A stretch of 54,690 bases of DNA from a virus. Lineage: Duplodnaviria; Caudoviricetes. Under the pieces are notes generated by a model, which had not been told where the DNA came from, did no database searches, and saw only the letters and a list, made by a program, of their open reading frames with translations. A program made the translations under genes and the position numbers. Below are positions 1 to 9,438 of this stretch, piece by piece (the first letter of the stretch is position 1; every line of letters begins with the position of its first letter). The stretch covers positions 1 to 54,690 of IMG/VR virus record IMGVR_UViG_3300031759_000032; one strand, given 5' to 3'.

Positions 1-1
1 C

Positions 2-907
2 ACAAACATACCTACCCCTGCTGGGTACACCCTTGAGCAGGATACTGGAGTAATCCATTTTGTTACACCCCCAGCCGCATCCGATTCTATAGTGGTCAGT
101 GGCATTCATTATCGTTATTTTACGGATGATGACATCACTATCTTTCTTAATACAGCCATTGTTGAGCATACTTTTAACCGCACAGACGTCTACGGCTCTC
201 AGATAACCGTAGCCACCATCCCTTCTGTAGAGGAGTACCCAATCGCGGTACTTGCTATCGTGGATGCCCTTTGGGCTTTGGCAACCGACGCGGCGTTTGA
301 TATTAACATTACCGCCCCAGACGGCGTAGTTATCCCACGCTCACAACGGTTCTCTCAGCTCAGCATGCACATTGAAAAGCGCATGGAGAACTACAAGATG
401 CTCTGCGCCCAGCTTAACGTGGGTCTTTATCGTATTGAAATTGGTACGCTTATCCGCACCTCGCGTACAACTAACAAGTACATCCCTATCTACATGGGTC
501 AAGAAGTTGATGACTCTCGCCAGCCAGAGCGCGTTTACATCAATAACAACCTCATGGGCCGCAATGCTCCCATTGCGTACTGCAACGTACAAGACATTGT
601 TCTATATCAAGGTGACTCATTCTATACAGAAATAGATTTCCCATTTGATATTACTGGACTCAACTTTAAAGCTCAGATTCGCACCTACCCTAACTCGCCA
701 TCTCTGTATGGAACCTTCACGATTACTGTACTCTCCACCAGCTCATCTGTCAGTACGATTAGCCTTACCCTTACCAATTCAGACACTGCGTACATGCCTG
801 TCCGTGCTTTCTGGGACCTGCAAGCGACATCAGCCACAGACTCAACTTACGAGCAAACTTACGTGCGTGGACAAGTATTTACTATCCAGCAGGTGACCCT
901 TGACTAG
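2..907 (+). CDS. 5'-truncated virion neck/head-tail adaptor-like protein with C-terminal beta domain
   Basis: Frame is open from nt 2 (TNIPTPAGYTLEQDTGVIHF...), so the true start lies upstream of the window. The 'YFTDDDI..FL' helical region resembles head-tail adaptors; C-terminal 'YQGDSF..FKAQIR..WDLQ..G.V' resembles BppU-N-like domains. Confidence 0.55.
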   Translation, partial: TNIPTPAGYTLEQDTGVIHFVTPPAASDSIVVSGIHYRYFTDDDITIFLNTAIVEHTFNRTDVYGSQITVATIPSVEEYPIAVLAIVDALWALATDAAFDINITAPDGVVIPRSQRFSQLSMHIEKRMENYKMLCAQLNVGLYRIEIGTLIRTSRTTNKYIPIYMGQEVDDSRQPERVYINNNLMGRNAPIAYCNVQDIVLYQGDSFYTEIDFPFDITGLNFKAQIRTYPNSPSLYGTFTITVLSTSSSVSTISLTLTNSDTAYMPVRAFWDLQATSATDSTYEQTYVRGQVFTIQQVTLD

Positions 908-2075
908 TTGTGGCTGTGGTTATAACGGAGGACCTGGCTGCACCTGCGTAGCCCAAACAATTACTATTATTCCTCCTGCGTCTATTCCTATTGTTATTGG
1001 AACTGGGCAAGGCGGAACTCGTGGCGTTCAAGGTATCCAAGGTGCACAGGGCGTACAAGGCACGCAAGGTGTGCAAGGCCCTAACGCGGCAATCTATTTT
1101 GGTTTAACCCCACCAGCTAACCCGCTTATCGGTGACCGTTGGATTGACTCTTCTTCTGGCTCTGAGTACACATGGGTATACGACGGAAATTCTTATGCGT
1201 GGGTAGAAGTATCCGCAAGCGGGTACGTAGGTACTCAAGGAACTCAAGGTACCCAAGGTACTCAAGGTACTCAAGGATTTGTTGGGGCACAAGGAATTCA
1301 GGGTACACAAGGTGCGCAGGGCCTACTTGGGTTGCAAGGATTTGTTGGTAATCAAGGAACAACTGGTGCACAGGGTACAACTGGTACTCAAGGTATTAAC
1401 GGATTACAAGGCGCCATTGGTAGCCAAGGACTTACGGGGGCACAAGGTACCAACGGAACTCAAGGTACACAGGGTTCAACAGGTTTACAGGGCGCTCAAG
1501 GTGTTCAAGGCCTTCAAGGTACTCAAGGGCTTGTTGGTACGCAGGGGACCCTTGGTATGCAAGGTGCGCAAGGTACTAATGGTGCACAGGGACTACAAGG
1601 AATTTCTATACAGGGTATTCAGGGTATTCAAGGAACAACAGGTAGTCAGGGCACAGCTGGTTCGCAGGGATTACAGGGAACGATTGGTAGCCAAGGAGCT
1701 CAAGGCACTAGTGGTCTTCAAGGTACAGCTGGTAGCCAAGGAACTACAGGTTTACAGGGCAGTCAAGGCGTTCAGGGCGTACAGGGAACTACTGGAACCC
1801 AAGGTTTAACTGGGCTACAAGGATTCATCGGAACCCAAGGAGCAACGGGAACTCAAGGTTTCACAGGCTCTCAAGGAACTATCGGAACAACTGGCTCGAA
1901 TGGTTCGCAAGGAACACAAGGTATTCAAGGTATTCAAGGTATTCAAGGTATTCAATCAACCCAAGGAACAACTGGACTTCAAGGTCTGCAAGGACCTCAG
2001 GGCGTACAAGGACTACTTAACACGGTAATCTATGATTCTGACCAAGGCGTTATTTCACAACAGATGTTCAGTTAA
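900..2075 (+). CDS. collagen-like fibre protein (Gly-X-Gln repeats)
   Basis: Long GTQ/GAQ/GLQ/GIQ runs, a short globular 'GDRWIDS..EYTW' domain and a Cys-rich N-terminus. Confidence 0.85.
   Translation: MTSCGCGYNGGPGCTCVAQTITIIPPASIPIVIGTGQGGTRGVQGIQGAQGVQGTQGVQGPNAAIYFGLTPPANPLIGDRWIDSSSGSEYTWVYDGNSYAWVEVSASGYVGTQGTQGTQGTQGTQGFVGAQGIQGTQGAQGLLGLQGFVGNQGTTGAQGTTGTQGINGLQGAIGSQGLTGAQGTNGTQGTQGSTGLQGAQGVQGLQGTQGLVGTQGTLGMQGAQGTNGAQGLQGISIQGIQGIQGTTGSQGTAGSQGLQGTIGSQGAQGTSGLQGTAGSQGTTGLQGSQGVQGVQGTTGTQGLTGLQGFIGTQGATGTQGFTGSQGTIGTTGSNGSQGTQGIQGIQGIQGIQSTQGTTGLQGLQGPQGVQGLLNTVIYDSDQGVISQQMFS
1917..1955 (+). repeat. perfect 9-bp tandem repeat (CAAGGTATT)x4 inside the collagen gene
   Basis: Read directly from the sequence. 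Confidence 0.9.
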
Positions 2076-2084
2076 GGAGAACAC

Positions 2085-2435
2085 ATGGCAACTTATAGCA
2101 AAGTAGCGTTATCAGCCGCAACCACAGGCGTTCCAATCGCCGTTGTCGCTACCGCCTCAACTGGTACGACTATCCACGCAACAGGCACATCAGCCATTGA
2201 CGAAGTGTGGCTCTATGCCACCAATACCGATTCAGCGGCTCGCACACTTACTATTCAATTTGGTGGAACTGCAACACTCAACCAGATTCAACAGGTAATC
2301 CCTGCTAACTCAGGTCTAACTCTTGTAATTCCTGGGCTAATCCTTGCCCCATCAGGCTCGGCATTAACTGTTTATGCTTACGCCTCAGTAGCAAGCGTTG
2401 TAAACATCTCAGGCTATGTAAACCGAGTCGCATAA
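2085..2435 (+). CDS. small beta-rich virion-associated protein
   Basis: AGGAG RBS; Ala/Thr/Val-rich; lies in the fibre locus. Confidence 0.6.
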   Translation: MATYSKVALSAATTGVPIAVVATASTGTTIHATGTSAIDEVWLYATNTDSAARTLTIQFGGTATLNQIQQVIPANSGLTLVIPGLILAPSGSALTVYAYASVASVVNISGYVNRVA

Positions 2436-3394
2436 TGGCAGAGAGATTTAAGCGCGGAGAAGTTGGCTCACAGGTCAATTCGTGGATGCCATCTACTAAC
2501 ACAGTTACACCAAGCGGATTCACTTCCTCAATTGCGCCTTATGGACTTCAGCTTCAACAAACAGTATTGACAAGCGGAACTTTAGGTGGAACTGCAACAG
2601 GTTCATCACTTCTAAACCCATCTGCAACTGTTCCAATCCCTGCTGGTATCACATTTGTCTATGTAATCGCAGTTGGTGGCGGTGGTGGCGGAGGCGGTTC
2701 GGGTTTTGGTGGCGGAGGTGGCGGAGGTGGTATTTCTTGGGGTTGGACTTTAGCAACTTCATCTTGTGTAGTCGGTGCTGGAGGAAATAACTCGTCAGGT
2801 GGTTACACCCGTTATGGAAACATTATTGCTGGCGGTGGCAGCGGTGGTTACAACGTTTACGGCGCACTTGGCGGTGGAGGTTTTGGCGGTGGCAGCGGTG
2901 GTAACGGGGCTACTAATTATTGGGGAATACCAAGTGGCAATGGCGGGGCTTCTGGAAGCACACCCGTAAATGGAAACACAGGTTCTGGCGCAGGTGGTGG
3001 CGGCGGTAGCACTACCAATGGCAGCGTTGCAGGAAATGGTGGTAATGGCATCTCAGGTGGTGGCGGTGGATACAGCAATATTGCTGGGTCAAGCACAAAT
3101 ACTGGGGGCAATGGCGGTAATGGTTTAACGGGCGGCGGCGGAGGTTTTGCAGGAAGCACATCTGGCACTCGTAATGGCGGTGCTGGCGGCAACGGAATAA
3201 ACATCCTTACAGGTGCTATTACCACTGGTGGCGCACAAAACACTGGCAACGGTGGTGGCGGCGGTGGCGTTGCAGGTAACGGTGGAAGTGCATCTTCAAC
3301 GATTGGTGGGGCTGGTGGGCTTGGCGGCGGAGGCGGCGGTGCTGGCACTATTGGTACCGCTGGTGGCAACGGAATCCTCTACCTTTACTACTAG
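2435..3394 (+). CDS. glycine-rich adhesin-like protein 1
   Basis: GGGGG tracts, 'VGGGGGG..GW..VGAGG' motif, ends YLYY; TAATG coupling to the upstream gene. Confidence 0.75.
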   Translation: MAERFKRGEVGSQVNSWMPSTNTVTPSGFTSSIAPYGLQLQQTVLTSGTLGGTATGSSLLNPSATVPIPAGITFVYVIAVGGGGGGGGSGFGGGGGGGGISWGWTLATSSCVVGAGGNNSSGGYTRYGNIIAGGGSGGYNVYGALGGGGFGGGSGGNGATNYWGIPSGNGGASGSTPVNGNTGSGAGGGGGSTTNGSVAGNGGNGISGGGGGYSNIAGSSTNTGGNGGNGLTGGGGGFAGSTSGTRNGGAGGNGINILTGAITTGGAQNTGNGGGGGGVAGNGGSASSTIGGAGGLGGGGGGAGTIGTAGGNGILYLYY

Positions 3395-3402
3395 GAGATA
3401 AA

Positions 3403-4233
3403 ATGACAACAACTATCTATAACAACTCATCATTTAGCGATTCTCCTTATGGGCTAAAACTTCAACAAACCTTTACTACAAGCGGTTCCGTAACAATCCC
3501 GTCAAACATCTTGCGTGTTTACGCAGTTGTTATTGGTGGAGGCGGAGCTGGTTCTACTCAAACTACTGGTGGTGGCGGTGGCGGTGGAGCAGGTGGGTAT
3601 TCTGCTGGTTGGACTTTTATTTCTAACACAGTCACAGTCGGTGCAGGCGGTACTGGAACATCAACTGCTGCTGCGGGTGCTAACGGCAATTCTTCACTTT
3701 ATGGAATGGTTTTTGCAGGTGGTGGTTCAGGTGGATTGAGCTCAACAGTTGGTGGCGCTGGCGCAGGAGCAACAACTTCTACAGGTTCAACTTCAACAGT
3801 TTCTTACACAGGCGCTCCAACGGCTGCTGCTAACACAGTTGGTTATGGTGCAGGTGGCGGCGTAGGTGCTATTGGTGGTGCTGGTATTTCATCAGGTGGC
3901 GGTGCGGGTGTTGCAACGGCAACTGGCACACAAACTGCCTATGCTGGTGGTCGCGGACTTATCGCTGGTGGTGGCGGTGCTGCTGGAACTTCAGGTGTTG
4001 GAACAGGTGGAGCAGGCGGCACTGGCGATTTTTTTGCAGGTGGAACTGGTTCATCAGGAACAGGTACATCTTTTGGTGGCGGTGGTGGCGGTGCTGGGTA
4101 TACTGGTGCAGGTTCTAACGCTTCAGGCAACAGCGGTGGTAACGGAGGTTCTGGTGGGGGTGGCGGCGGAGCTGGTTCTACACTTGGAACTGCTGGCAGT
4201 GGCGGCAATGGCGTTGTTTATCTTTACTACTAA
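3403..4233 (+). CDS. glycine-rich adhesin-like protein 2 (paralog of previous)
   Basis: Shares PYGLxLQQT, IP..VY, GW, VGAGG and GGNG..YLYY with the previous ORF; GGAG RBS. Confidence 0.75.
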   Translation: MTTTIYNNSSFSDSPYGLKLQQTFTTSGSVTIPSNILRVYAVVIGGGGAGSTQTTGGGGGGGAGGYSAGWTFISNTVTVGAGGTGTSTAAAGANGNSSLYGMVFAGGGSGGLSSTVGGAGAGATTSTGSTSTVSYTGAPTAAANTVGYGAGGGVGAIGGAGISSGGGAGVATATGTQTAYAGGRGLIAGGGGAAGTSGVGTGGAGGTGDFFAGGTGSSGTGTSFGGGGGGAGYTGAGSNASGNSGGNGGSGGGGGGAGSTLGTAGSGGNGVVYLYY

Positions 4234-4242
4234 GGAGCAATA

Positions 4243-4395
4243 ATGAATTACAGATACGAATATCTTTCAACCTGTTGTAATACTGGCTACATCGAAACAC
4301 GCAATGTGAATGACCCACAGGTTAATACTGTATGCGTTCAATGTGGGCAGGGTGGGTACGAGCTAGTCAATCAAACTCTTATTTCAGGAGAATAA
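4243..4395 (+). CDS. 50-aa Zn-ribbon-like protein (not in ORF track)
   Basis: MNYRYEYLSTCCNTGYIETRNVNDPQVNTVCVQCGQGGYELVNQTLISGE; AAGGAG RBS. Confidence 0.7.
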   Translation: MNYRYEYLSTCCNTGYIETRNVNDPQVNTVCVQCGQGGYELVNQTLISGE

Positions 4396-4515
4396 ATGTC
4401 ACAGTTAATGTATTACGACACAGTTTCAGGGCAGTGGTTGCCTGTCGTAGTTGGGGCGCAAGGATTAACACAAGAAGAGATTAATGCTCTTATAGGAGAT
4501 ACAAGTGGCTATTGA
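4396..4515 (+). pseudogene. 39-aa chimeric micro-ORF, probable deletion remnant
   Basis: MSQLMYYDTVSGQWLPVVVGAQG|LTQEEINALIGDTSGY: a collagen-gene-like start joined to a chaperone-like end; AGGAG RBS. Confidence 0.5.
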
Positions 4516-6691
4516 TTTCCCCGCATATCCTTCCCTTAATCAAATATATACTTTTGGTTCCCGCACGTGGAAGTGGACAGGTCAAGGTTGGCAGGCTGTC
4601 TCTACAACATATGGACCTCAAGGCGTTCAAGGTTTACAGGGTCTTCAAGGTGGCGGTTTCAATCAAGCTCAAGGTTTACAAGGATTTTCTGGAGCGCAGG
4701 GCGCTCAAGGTGTTCAAGGCCTTCAAGGGACGCAAGGTTTACAAGGAGCACAAGCCGCTCAAGGAACTCAGGGTTTACAAGGCCTTCAAGGTATTCAGGG
4801 TTTAACAGGCTCACAGGGAGCGACAGCTGCTCAGGGATTAAGTGGTACTCAAGGTACTGCTGGTACTGCGGGCTCTACTGGCGCGCAAGGAACCCAGGGC
4901 GTACAAGGAACTTTAGGTTCTCAAGGATATTTAGGTAACACAGGCGCTCAGGGAGCGCAGGGCACTCAAGGCCTTCAAGGTACGCAGGGTGTAGGCGGAG
5001 CCCAAGGCTATCTTGGTAATGCTGGAGCTCAAGGTGCTCAAGGCGCTCAAGGTACACAAGGATTACAAGGAGCGCAAGGTACTGCTGGTGCGCAAGGTTA
5101 TCTTGGTAACGCGGGTGCTCAAGGAGCGCAAGGCGCACAAGGAACTCAAGGTATTCAAGGCTCATTAGGTGTACAAGGAACTATTGGAACTTTAGGCTCT
5201 CAAGGAGTTCAGGGGTCTCAAGGGCTTGCAGGTTCACAAGGTACCCAAGGAACTCAGGGATTACAAGGAGCTCAAGGTTTCTTAGGTAATACTGGCTCCC
5301 AAGGTGCTCAAGGAACGCAGGGTGCTCAAGGTATTCAAGGCACTTTGGGACTTCAAGGATTTACAGGAACTCAAGGAACTACTGGTTCAACAGGTTCTAA
5401 TGGTGCTCAAGGCACTGCTGGAACTAACGGAACTAATGGTTCTCAGGGAACTACTGGAGCTACTGGCTCACAAGGTACTAATGGCTCTAACGGCTCTCAA
5501 GGCACACAAGGCTTGCAGGGAACGCAAGGTCTTCAAGGTCTTCAAGGCGCACAAGGAATTCAAGGCGCACAAGGAATTCAAGGCAGTTTTGGAACTAGCC
5601 CAGTAGTTTATCCCGCCGCCACCACTTCAGTTGGATTTACACTTCAAGGATTGGCTTCTCAAACCGCTGATTTGCAAGAGTGGAAAAACTCTGTCGGAAC
5701 TGTTATCGCCTCTGTTGATGCTAACGGAAACCATAACTTCCCTAATATGGGGTTTGCGGGCAAAAACGCCATCATCAACGGCGGTATGGACATTTGGCAG
5801 CGTGGTACTTCAACCACCTCTGGCGGATACCAAACGGCAGACCGATGGAATAACTCGGTATCTGGAACCACAACAATTTCTCAAGAAACAACAGATTTGC
5901 CTAATGGATTTCAATACGGAATCAAGTTTGTTACTGCGGCATCTTCTTCTTTTGCTCAGTTCAAAACTTACCTAGAGCGCACTTCTGTAATTCCGCTAAG
6001 AAATCAAGTTGTAACCATATCTGGTTATCTAAAGATTACTGGCGGTTTTTCTGGTAATTGGGTTGGTCAGATTTATTACAGCAATACGACTGATACGGCT
6101 ACATCTGTAACAACTCAAGTTGGCTCCAATGTAACTATTGGAACATCAGCAACATCAGCTTGGACAAGATTTAGTTTTCAATCCACTATCCCATCTGATG
6201 CCGTAGGACTTGGCGTTTTGTTTGTCCCCGACACGTTGCAAGCATCTGGTGTTACAGTTCGTACGACTGGTATTCAACTAGAACTTGGCTCTACTGCTAC
6301 CACCTTCTCTCGCGCTGGTGGAAGTATCGGGGGAGAGTTGGGGCTGTGTCAGAGGTATTACTACAGAAGTAGCTCTACAGGAGCCAACCCTGGCGAACAA
6401 ACTAGACTAGGTGAAGCTATTGCCTACTCAACTACCCAGGGTTTAGGCTTTATTAAATTCCCCGTAACAATGAGAATTATTCCTACCGCTTTAGATTTTG
6501 CTTCTCTTGTTGTTTATCAAGGAACTACAGGGCAACCATCTTTAACCAGTGTATCAATTAACACCGATTGGCAAAATCAAAATATGGGAGCAATTAACTT
6601 TGTCTCTAGCGGGCTAACAACTACAACCTCTTATTTCTTAGGTGTTACTCCTTCGGTTAGCGCATATGCTGGATTTAGTGCGGAACTATAA
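4505..6691 (+). CDS. collagen-like tail fibre with C-terminal carbohydrate-binding-like head
   Basis: MAIDFP..WKW N-domain, a long GXQ shaft, then 'GKNAIINGGMDIWQRG..GIQLELG..ELGLCQRYY' typical of phage fibre heads. Confidence 0.85.
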   Translation: MAIDFPAYPSLNQIYTFGSRTWKWTGQGWQAVSTTYGPQGVQGLQGLQGGGFNQAQGLQGFSGAQGAQGVQGLQGTQGLQGAQAAQGTQGLQGLQGIQGLTGSQGATAAQGLSGTQGTAGTAGSTGAQGTQGVQGTLGSQGYLGNTGAQGAQGTQGLQGTQGVGGAQGYLGNAGAQGAQGAQGTQGLQGAQGTAGAQGYLGNAGAQGAQGAQGTQGIQGSLGVQGTIGTLGSQGVQGSQGLAGSQGTQGTQGLQGAQGFLGNTGSQGAQGTQGAQGIQGTLGLQGFTGTQGTTGSTGSNGAQGTAGTNGTNGSQGTTGATGSQGTNGSNGSQGTQGLQGTQGLQGLQGAQGIQGAQGIQGSFGTSPVVYPAATTSVGFTLQGLASQTADLQEWKNSVGTVIASVDANGNHNFPNMGFAGKNAIINGGMDIWQRGTSTTSGGYQTADRWNNSVSGTTTISQETTDLPNGFQYGIKFVTAASSSFAQFKTYLERTSVIPLRNQVVTISGYLKITGGFSGNWVGQIYYSNTTDTATSVTTQVGSNVTIGTSATSAWTRFSFQSTIPSDAVGLGVLFVPDTLQASGVTVRTTGIQLELGSTATTFSRAGGSIGGELGLCQRYYYRSSSTGANPGEQTRLGEAIAYSTTQGLGFIKFPVTMRIIPTALDFASLVVYQGTTGQPSLTSVSINTDWQNQNMGAINFVSSGLTTTTSYFLGVTPSVSAYAGFSAEL

Positions 6692-6692
6692 A

Positions 6693-6863
6693 ATGATTAT
6701 CACCTACCCGATTATTGTCGATACCAACGGAAACCTAATCAAAATGGTTTTATTAGACCATGAAAACGGTTCTTTTACTTCAATGACTAAAACAGATTAC
6801 GATGCACAACAGGCATCTAGCACACTCCCATCCGAGTCTTCTATCCCACAGGCAGGTAACTAA
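6693..6863 (+). CDS. small putative fibre chaperone (56 aa)
   Basis: ATG at 6693, 2 nt after the fibre stop; 'NGSFTSMTKTDYD' motif; position typical of fibre assembly proteins. Confidence 0.55.
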   Translation: MIITYPIIVDTNGNLIKMVLLDHENGSFTSMTKTDYDAQQASSTLPSESSIPQAGN

Positions 6864-7000
6864 TGAGCAGAGCGCAGAGTCGGTCGCAAGGGTTGAGCAG
6901 AATACAGGCAGAGGCTACGGCTCAGGCTAATTTCACGGCGCAGTTGGCGGCTACTAATGCGAAGTTAGAGGCATTGGGGCTGACGGCCCAGACACATTGA
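6863..7000 (+). pseudogene. 45-aa micro-ORF, probable remnant of a fibre/chaperone pair
   Basis: MSRAQSRSQGLSRIQAEATAQANFTAQLAATNAKLEALGLTAQTH; TAATG-coupled; ends in a chaperone-type 'AKLEALGLT'. Confidence 0.45.
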
Positions 7001-7024
7001 CACTCGTAGTAACCAACGTAGGTT
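6997..7024 (+). promoter_or_regulatory. possible sigma70/SigA promoter TTGACA-N16-TAGGTT
   Basis: Consensus -35 with a TANNNT -10 upstream of the methyltransferase. Confidence 0.4.
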
Positions 7025-7092
7025 CTACGGCTCAATCAGTTCTTGGTCGTATCTCTTGGACAGAAGCTCAAGCCTAAGCTAGACTATCTCCT

Positions 7093-7869
7093 ATGGAAAA
7101 TTCCGTAGGAAATACATTTGAGATGTATGAGCGCGTTCTATCAATAAAGAATGCGCTCAAACTCAAAACCCCACTTGATGTAAAGTTTACCCGCCTCGGT
7201 AGTGCACATGATGGCGGGTATATCCTTGTTGATGACGTAAATGGCGCAGACCACGTAATATCTTTAGGCGTTGAGGGCAACGTTGATTTTGAAAAAGATA
7301 TTATGGAAAAAGCCTGCCATATCTATATGTACGATAATTCTATTGATGGGCTTCCAGAGCCAGTAAAGCGCTCCACATTCTTTAAGAGAACGATGGGAAG
7401 CATACAAAACGGCCACGCCTCCTTAGGCAGTTGTATTCAAGACGGCTGGGTTGGTGATGACGAAGACGACGACTTTGCTGGGTTTGCTGGCGGTGACGAC
7501 TACATTCTAAAGATGGATGTAGAGGGCGCCGAATACGATTTACTTGGGGAAGCCTCTCGGGACACCCTTACATATTTTAGACAGATTACGGTGGAGTTCC
7601 ACGACACTGACCGCATTGAAGATGAAGACTTCTATAAGAAAATGCTTCATGCGTTAACCCATCTACGCGAAACGCATACCCCCGTATTTGTTCACGCCAA
7701 TAACAATATACCGTTAACTATAAAAGGAAACTCGCCCTTTCCTCAAGTGTTTGAGGCAACTTTTCTACGCAATGATAGCTATAAGTTTGCGGAAGAGACT
7801 GATTTGTTTGAAGGTTTAGTTACAAGAAACGATTTGCCTAAGCCAGAGATTGGGCTTACTTTTCCTTAA
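7093..7869 (+). CDS. FkbM-like (Methyltransf_21/22) SAM-dependent methyltransferase
   Basis: 'RLG..HDGGY', 'ISLGV..NVDFE', 'LKMDVEGAEY', 'QITVEFH', 'HANN'. Confidence 0.85.
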   Translation: MENSVGNTFEMYERVLSIKNALKLKTPLDVKFTRLGSAHDGGYILVDDVNGADHVISLGVEGNVDFEKDIMEKACHIYMYDNSIDGLPEPVKRSTFFKRTMGSIQNGHASLGSCIQDGWVGDDEDDDFAGFAGGDDYILKMDVEGAEYDLLGEASRDTLTYFRQITVEFHDTDRIEDEDFYKKMLHALTHLRETHTPVFVHANNNIPLTIKGNSPFPQVFEATFLRNDSYKFAEETDLFEGLVTRNDLPKPEIGLTFP

Positions 7870-8450
7870 TCTGTAAATTCCCAAACCATACCTAGTGAAC
7901 GCATGTTGGCCTCTACTGCTTGTTTATAGATAGGGGCCAATTCTTGTTTGCGCAGTTCAGTGAATAGTCGTGCGCTTTCATCTTTTTGCCCAAACCACCA
8001 AGAGCTTACCGCCATCTCAAATTCAAGACAGTAAGACCCAAAGTACCCAACATCTGCTGGCAGGGGCTGTAGCCCATAATGATTTGCGGCGGCTAGTCCT
8101 ATCTTTGCCCAGGTATAACACTCCTGCCAAGACTTCTTATATTCAAGAGATTGGGACAGCAGGAAGTACCCTTCTGGTCTATTTGGCATATAAGCAACCG
8201 CTTGAAACAGACAAGTACCCACCGTGTGGTCTCTATTACCCAGCTCCCCAAAGCATCGGGCTAACTTCAAAAGCGATGTGTACACTGTGAGGGACCCGTC
8301 AACATCTGCCCCGTACTCAGCGGCGCGCATATAAAAAGATACAGCGGAGGCGTATTGCTCTAGCTCTTCATACTCACGGGCTACTGCAAAGTTTATATCT
8401 GGATTAAATGGGTCTTCAGATAACTTTACTATCAGCTCTTCAATTTGCAT
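7866..8450 (-). CDS. TPR-repeat protein
   Basis: Helical repeats 'A..YE..EQY.SA..FY.RA' and 'A.AY.PNRPEGYF.L'; converges on the methyltransferase with a 4-nt overlap. Confidence 0.75.
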   Translation of the reverse strand: MQIEELIVKLSEDPFNPDINFAVAREYEELEQYASAVSFYMRAAEYGADVDGSLTVYTSLLKLARCFGELGNRDHTVGTCLFQAVAYMPNRPEGYFLLSQSLEYKKSWQECYTWAKIGLAAANHYGLQPLPADVGYFGSYCLEFEMAVSSWWFGQKDESARLFTELRKQELAPIYKQAVEANMRSLGMVWEFTD

Positions 8451-9438
8451 TTAAAGCCTCCTGGACAAGCTCATCTACTACAGAGTGAGGGACTTTAAGA
8501 ATAAAAGCCGCGTTATCTTGGAATCCAAAGCTAACTAGTAGGTCTTCCCCATAGACGGCCGCCCCAACGCAGAACTCTACATAGGCATCTAGAAAAGTAA
8601 ATTGATTGGTCAGCCCTAAGAAGTTAAAGTCTTTATCCCAAACACAAAGCCTATGCCTATACACGGCTCCCTTTTGCTCTAAGTAATTTTTAAATAGGTC
8701 TACGTCATGCGTGATAGATACTAAGTAATCTCCCCAAGCAAATACATGTGAAGACCCTCTTTGGTCTAAAGGAGCAGGCGGTGTTTGCTTTAACGCAACC
8801 TGCACAGTAGGGGCTTCAACATCTGGGAGTACGTGCACCAATTCTGTAGGCATAGTCCACTTTACAAAGGTAAATGGCTGGTCTATAACGGGAACCCAAT
8901 TCTTTTCACAATAAGAGGAGTCATCATTGGGCGCCGCAATACGCTTACGCGCCACCTCTCTAGCTTCCCATTTTCCCTTATTCAAAGAGATGGTGCTGTA
9001 TTCCATGCGCCCTTGACCGTTTGTTGTAGTATCGCGGCGAACGCCAATCAAATAGTAAACGCCTTTCCATTGGACTAGGCGGGCGTCCTCTAGGCCAAGA
9101 AACTCCCAGATGGGCTCGTGCAAGTTGAGCACGTCCACCAAGCAATAATCAGTCATTTCTAACTCTGAATTGAGGCGGCAAAGATAGTTCTCGGTTTCTA
9201 AGCGCAGGTTATTCTCAGGATGCAAGTAAGCCAAAGGCCCCCACATAGAAGGGAAACGTTGCTTGTGTTCTGCGTGGTAGAGGGCATAGTTTACGTGCCT
9301 AAGATTAACAAGTATCTCCCCGTCTTCGTCTACAAAAACAGAGGGGTTCATCAGACCCGTACCCGCGGTAAAACGTTTAGGTATCACTATCGGAGCAAGT
9401 TTTCCGCCAGCTTGGACGGCGCGCTGAACTAGATTCAC
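8440..9438 (-). CDS. GH130/GH43-like five-bladed beta-propeller glycosidase-like protein
   Basis: 'NPS', 'GLEDARL', 'EKNW.P', 'RGSS', 'EFC.G', 'SFG.QD' motifs. Confidence 0.7.
   Translation of the reverse strand: MNLVQRAVQAGGKLAPIVIPKRFTAGTGLMNPSVFVDEDGEILVNLRHVNYALYHAEHKQRFPSMWGPLAYLHPENNLRLETENYLCRLNSELEMTDYCLVDVLNLHEPIWEFLGLEDARLVQWKGVYYLIGVRRDTTTNGQGRMEYSTISLNKGKWEAREVARKRIAAPNDDSSYCEKNWVPVIDQPFTFVKWTMPTELVHVLPDVEAPTVQVALKQTPPAPLDQRGSSHVFAWGDYLVSITHDVDLFKNYLEQKGAVYRHRLCVWDKDFNFLGLTNQFTFLDAYVEFCVGAAVYGEDLLVSFGFQDNAAFILKVPHSVVDELVQEALNAN

Noticed and set aside
2917-4208. Pro-rich minus-strand ORFs (150 and 89 aa)
   Set aside because: They are antisense shadows of GGN-rich glycine codons.
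1104-5975. Alternate-frame ORFs with KV/KE/LE repeats over the collagen genes
   Set aside because: They are out-of-frame readings of GXQ repeats with no independent initiation signals.
4505-6691. Diversity-generating retroelement acting on the fibre C-terminus
   Set aside because: No reverse transcriptase or template/variable repeat pair was seen in this window.
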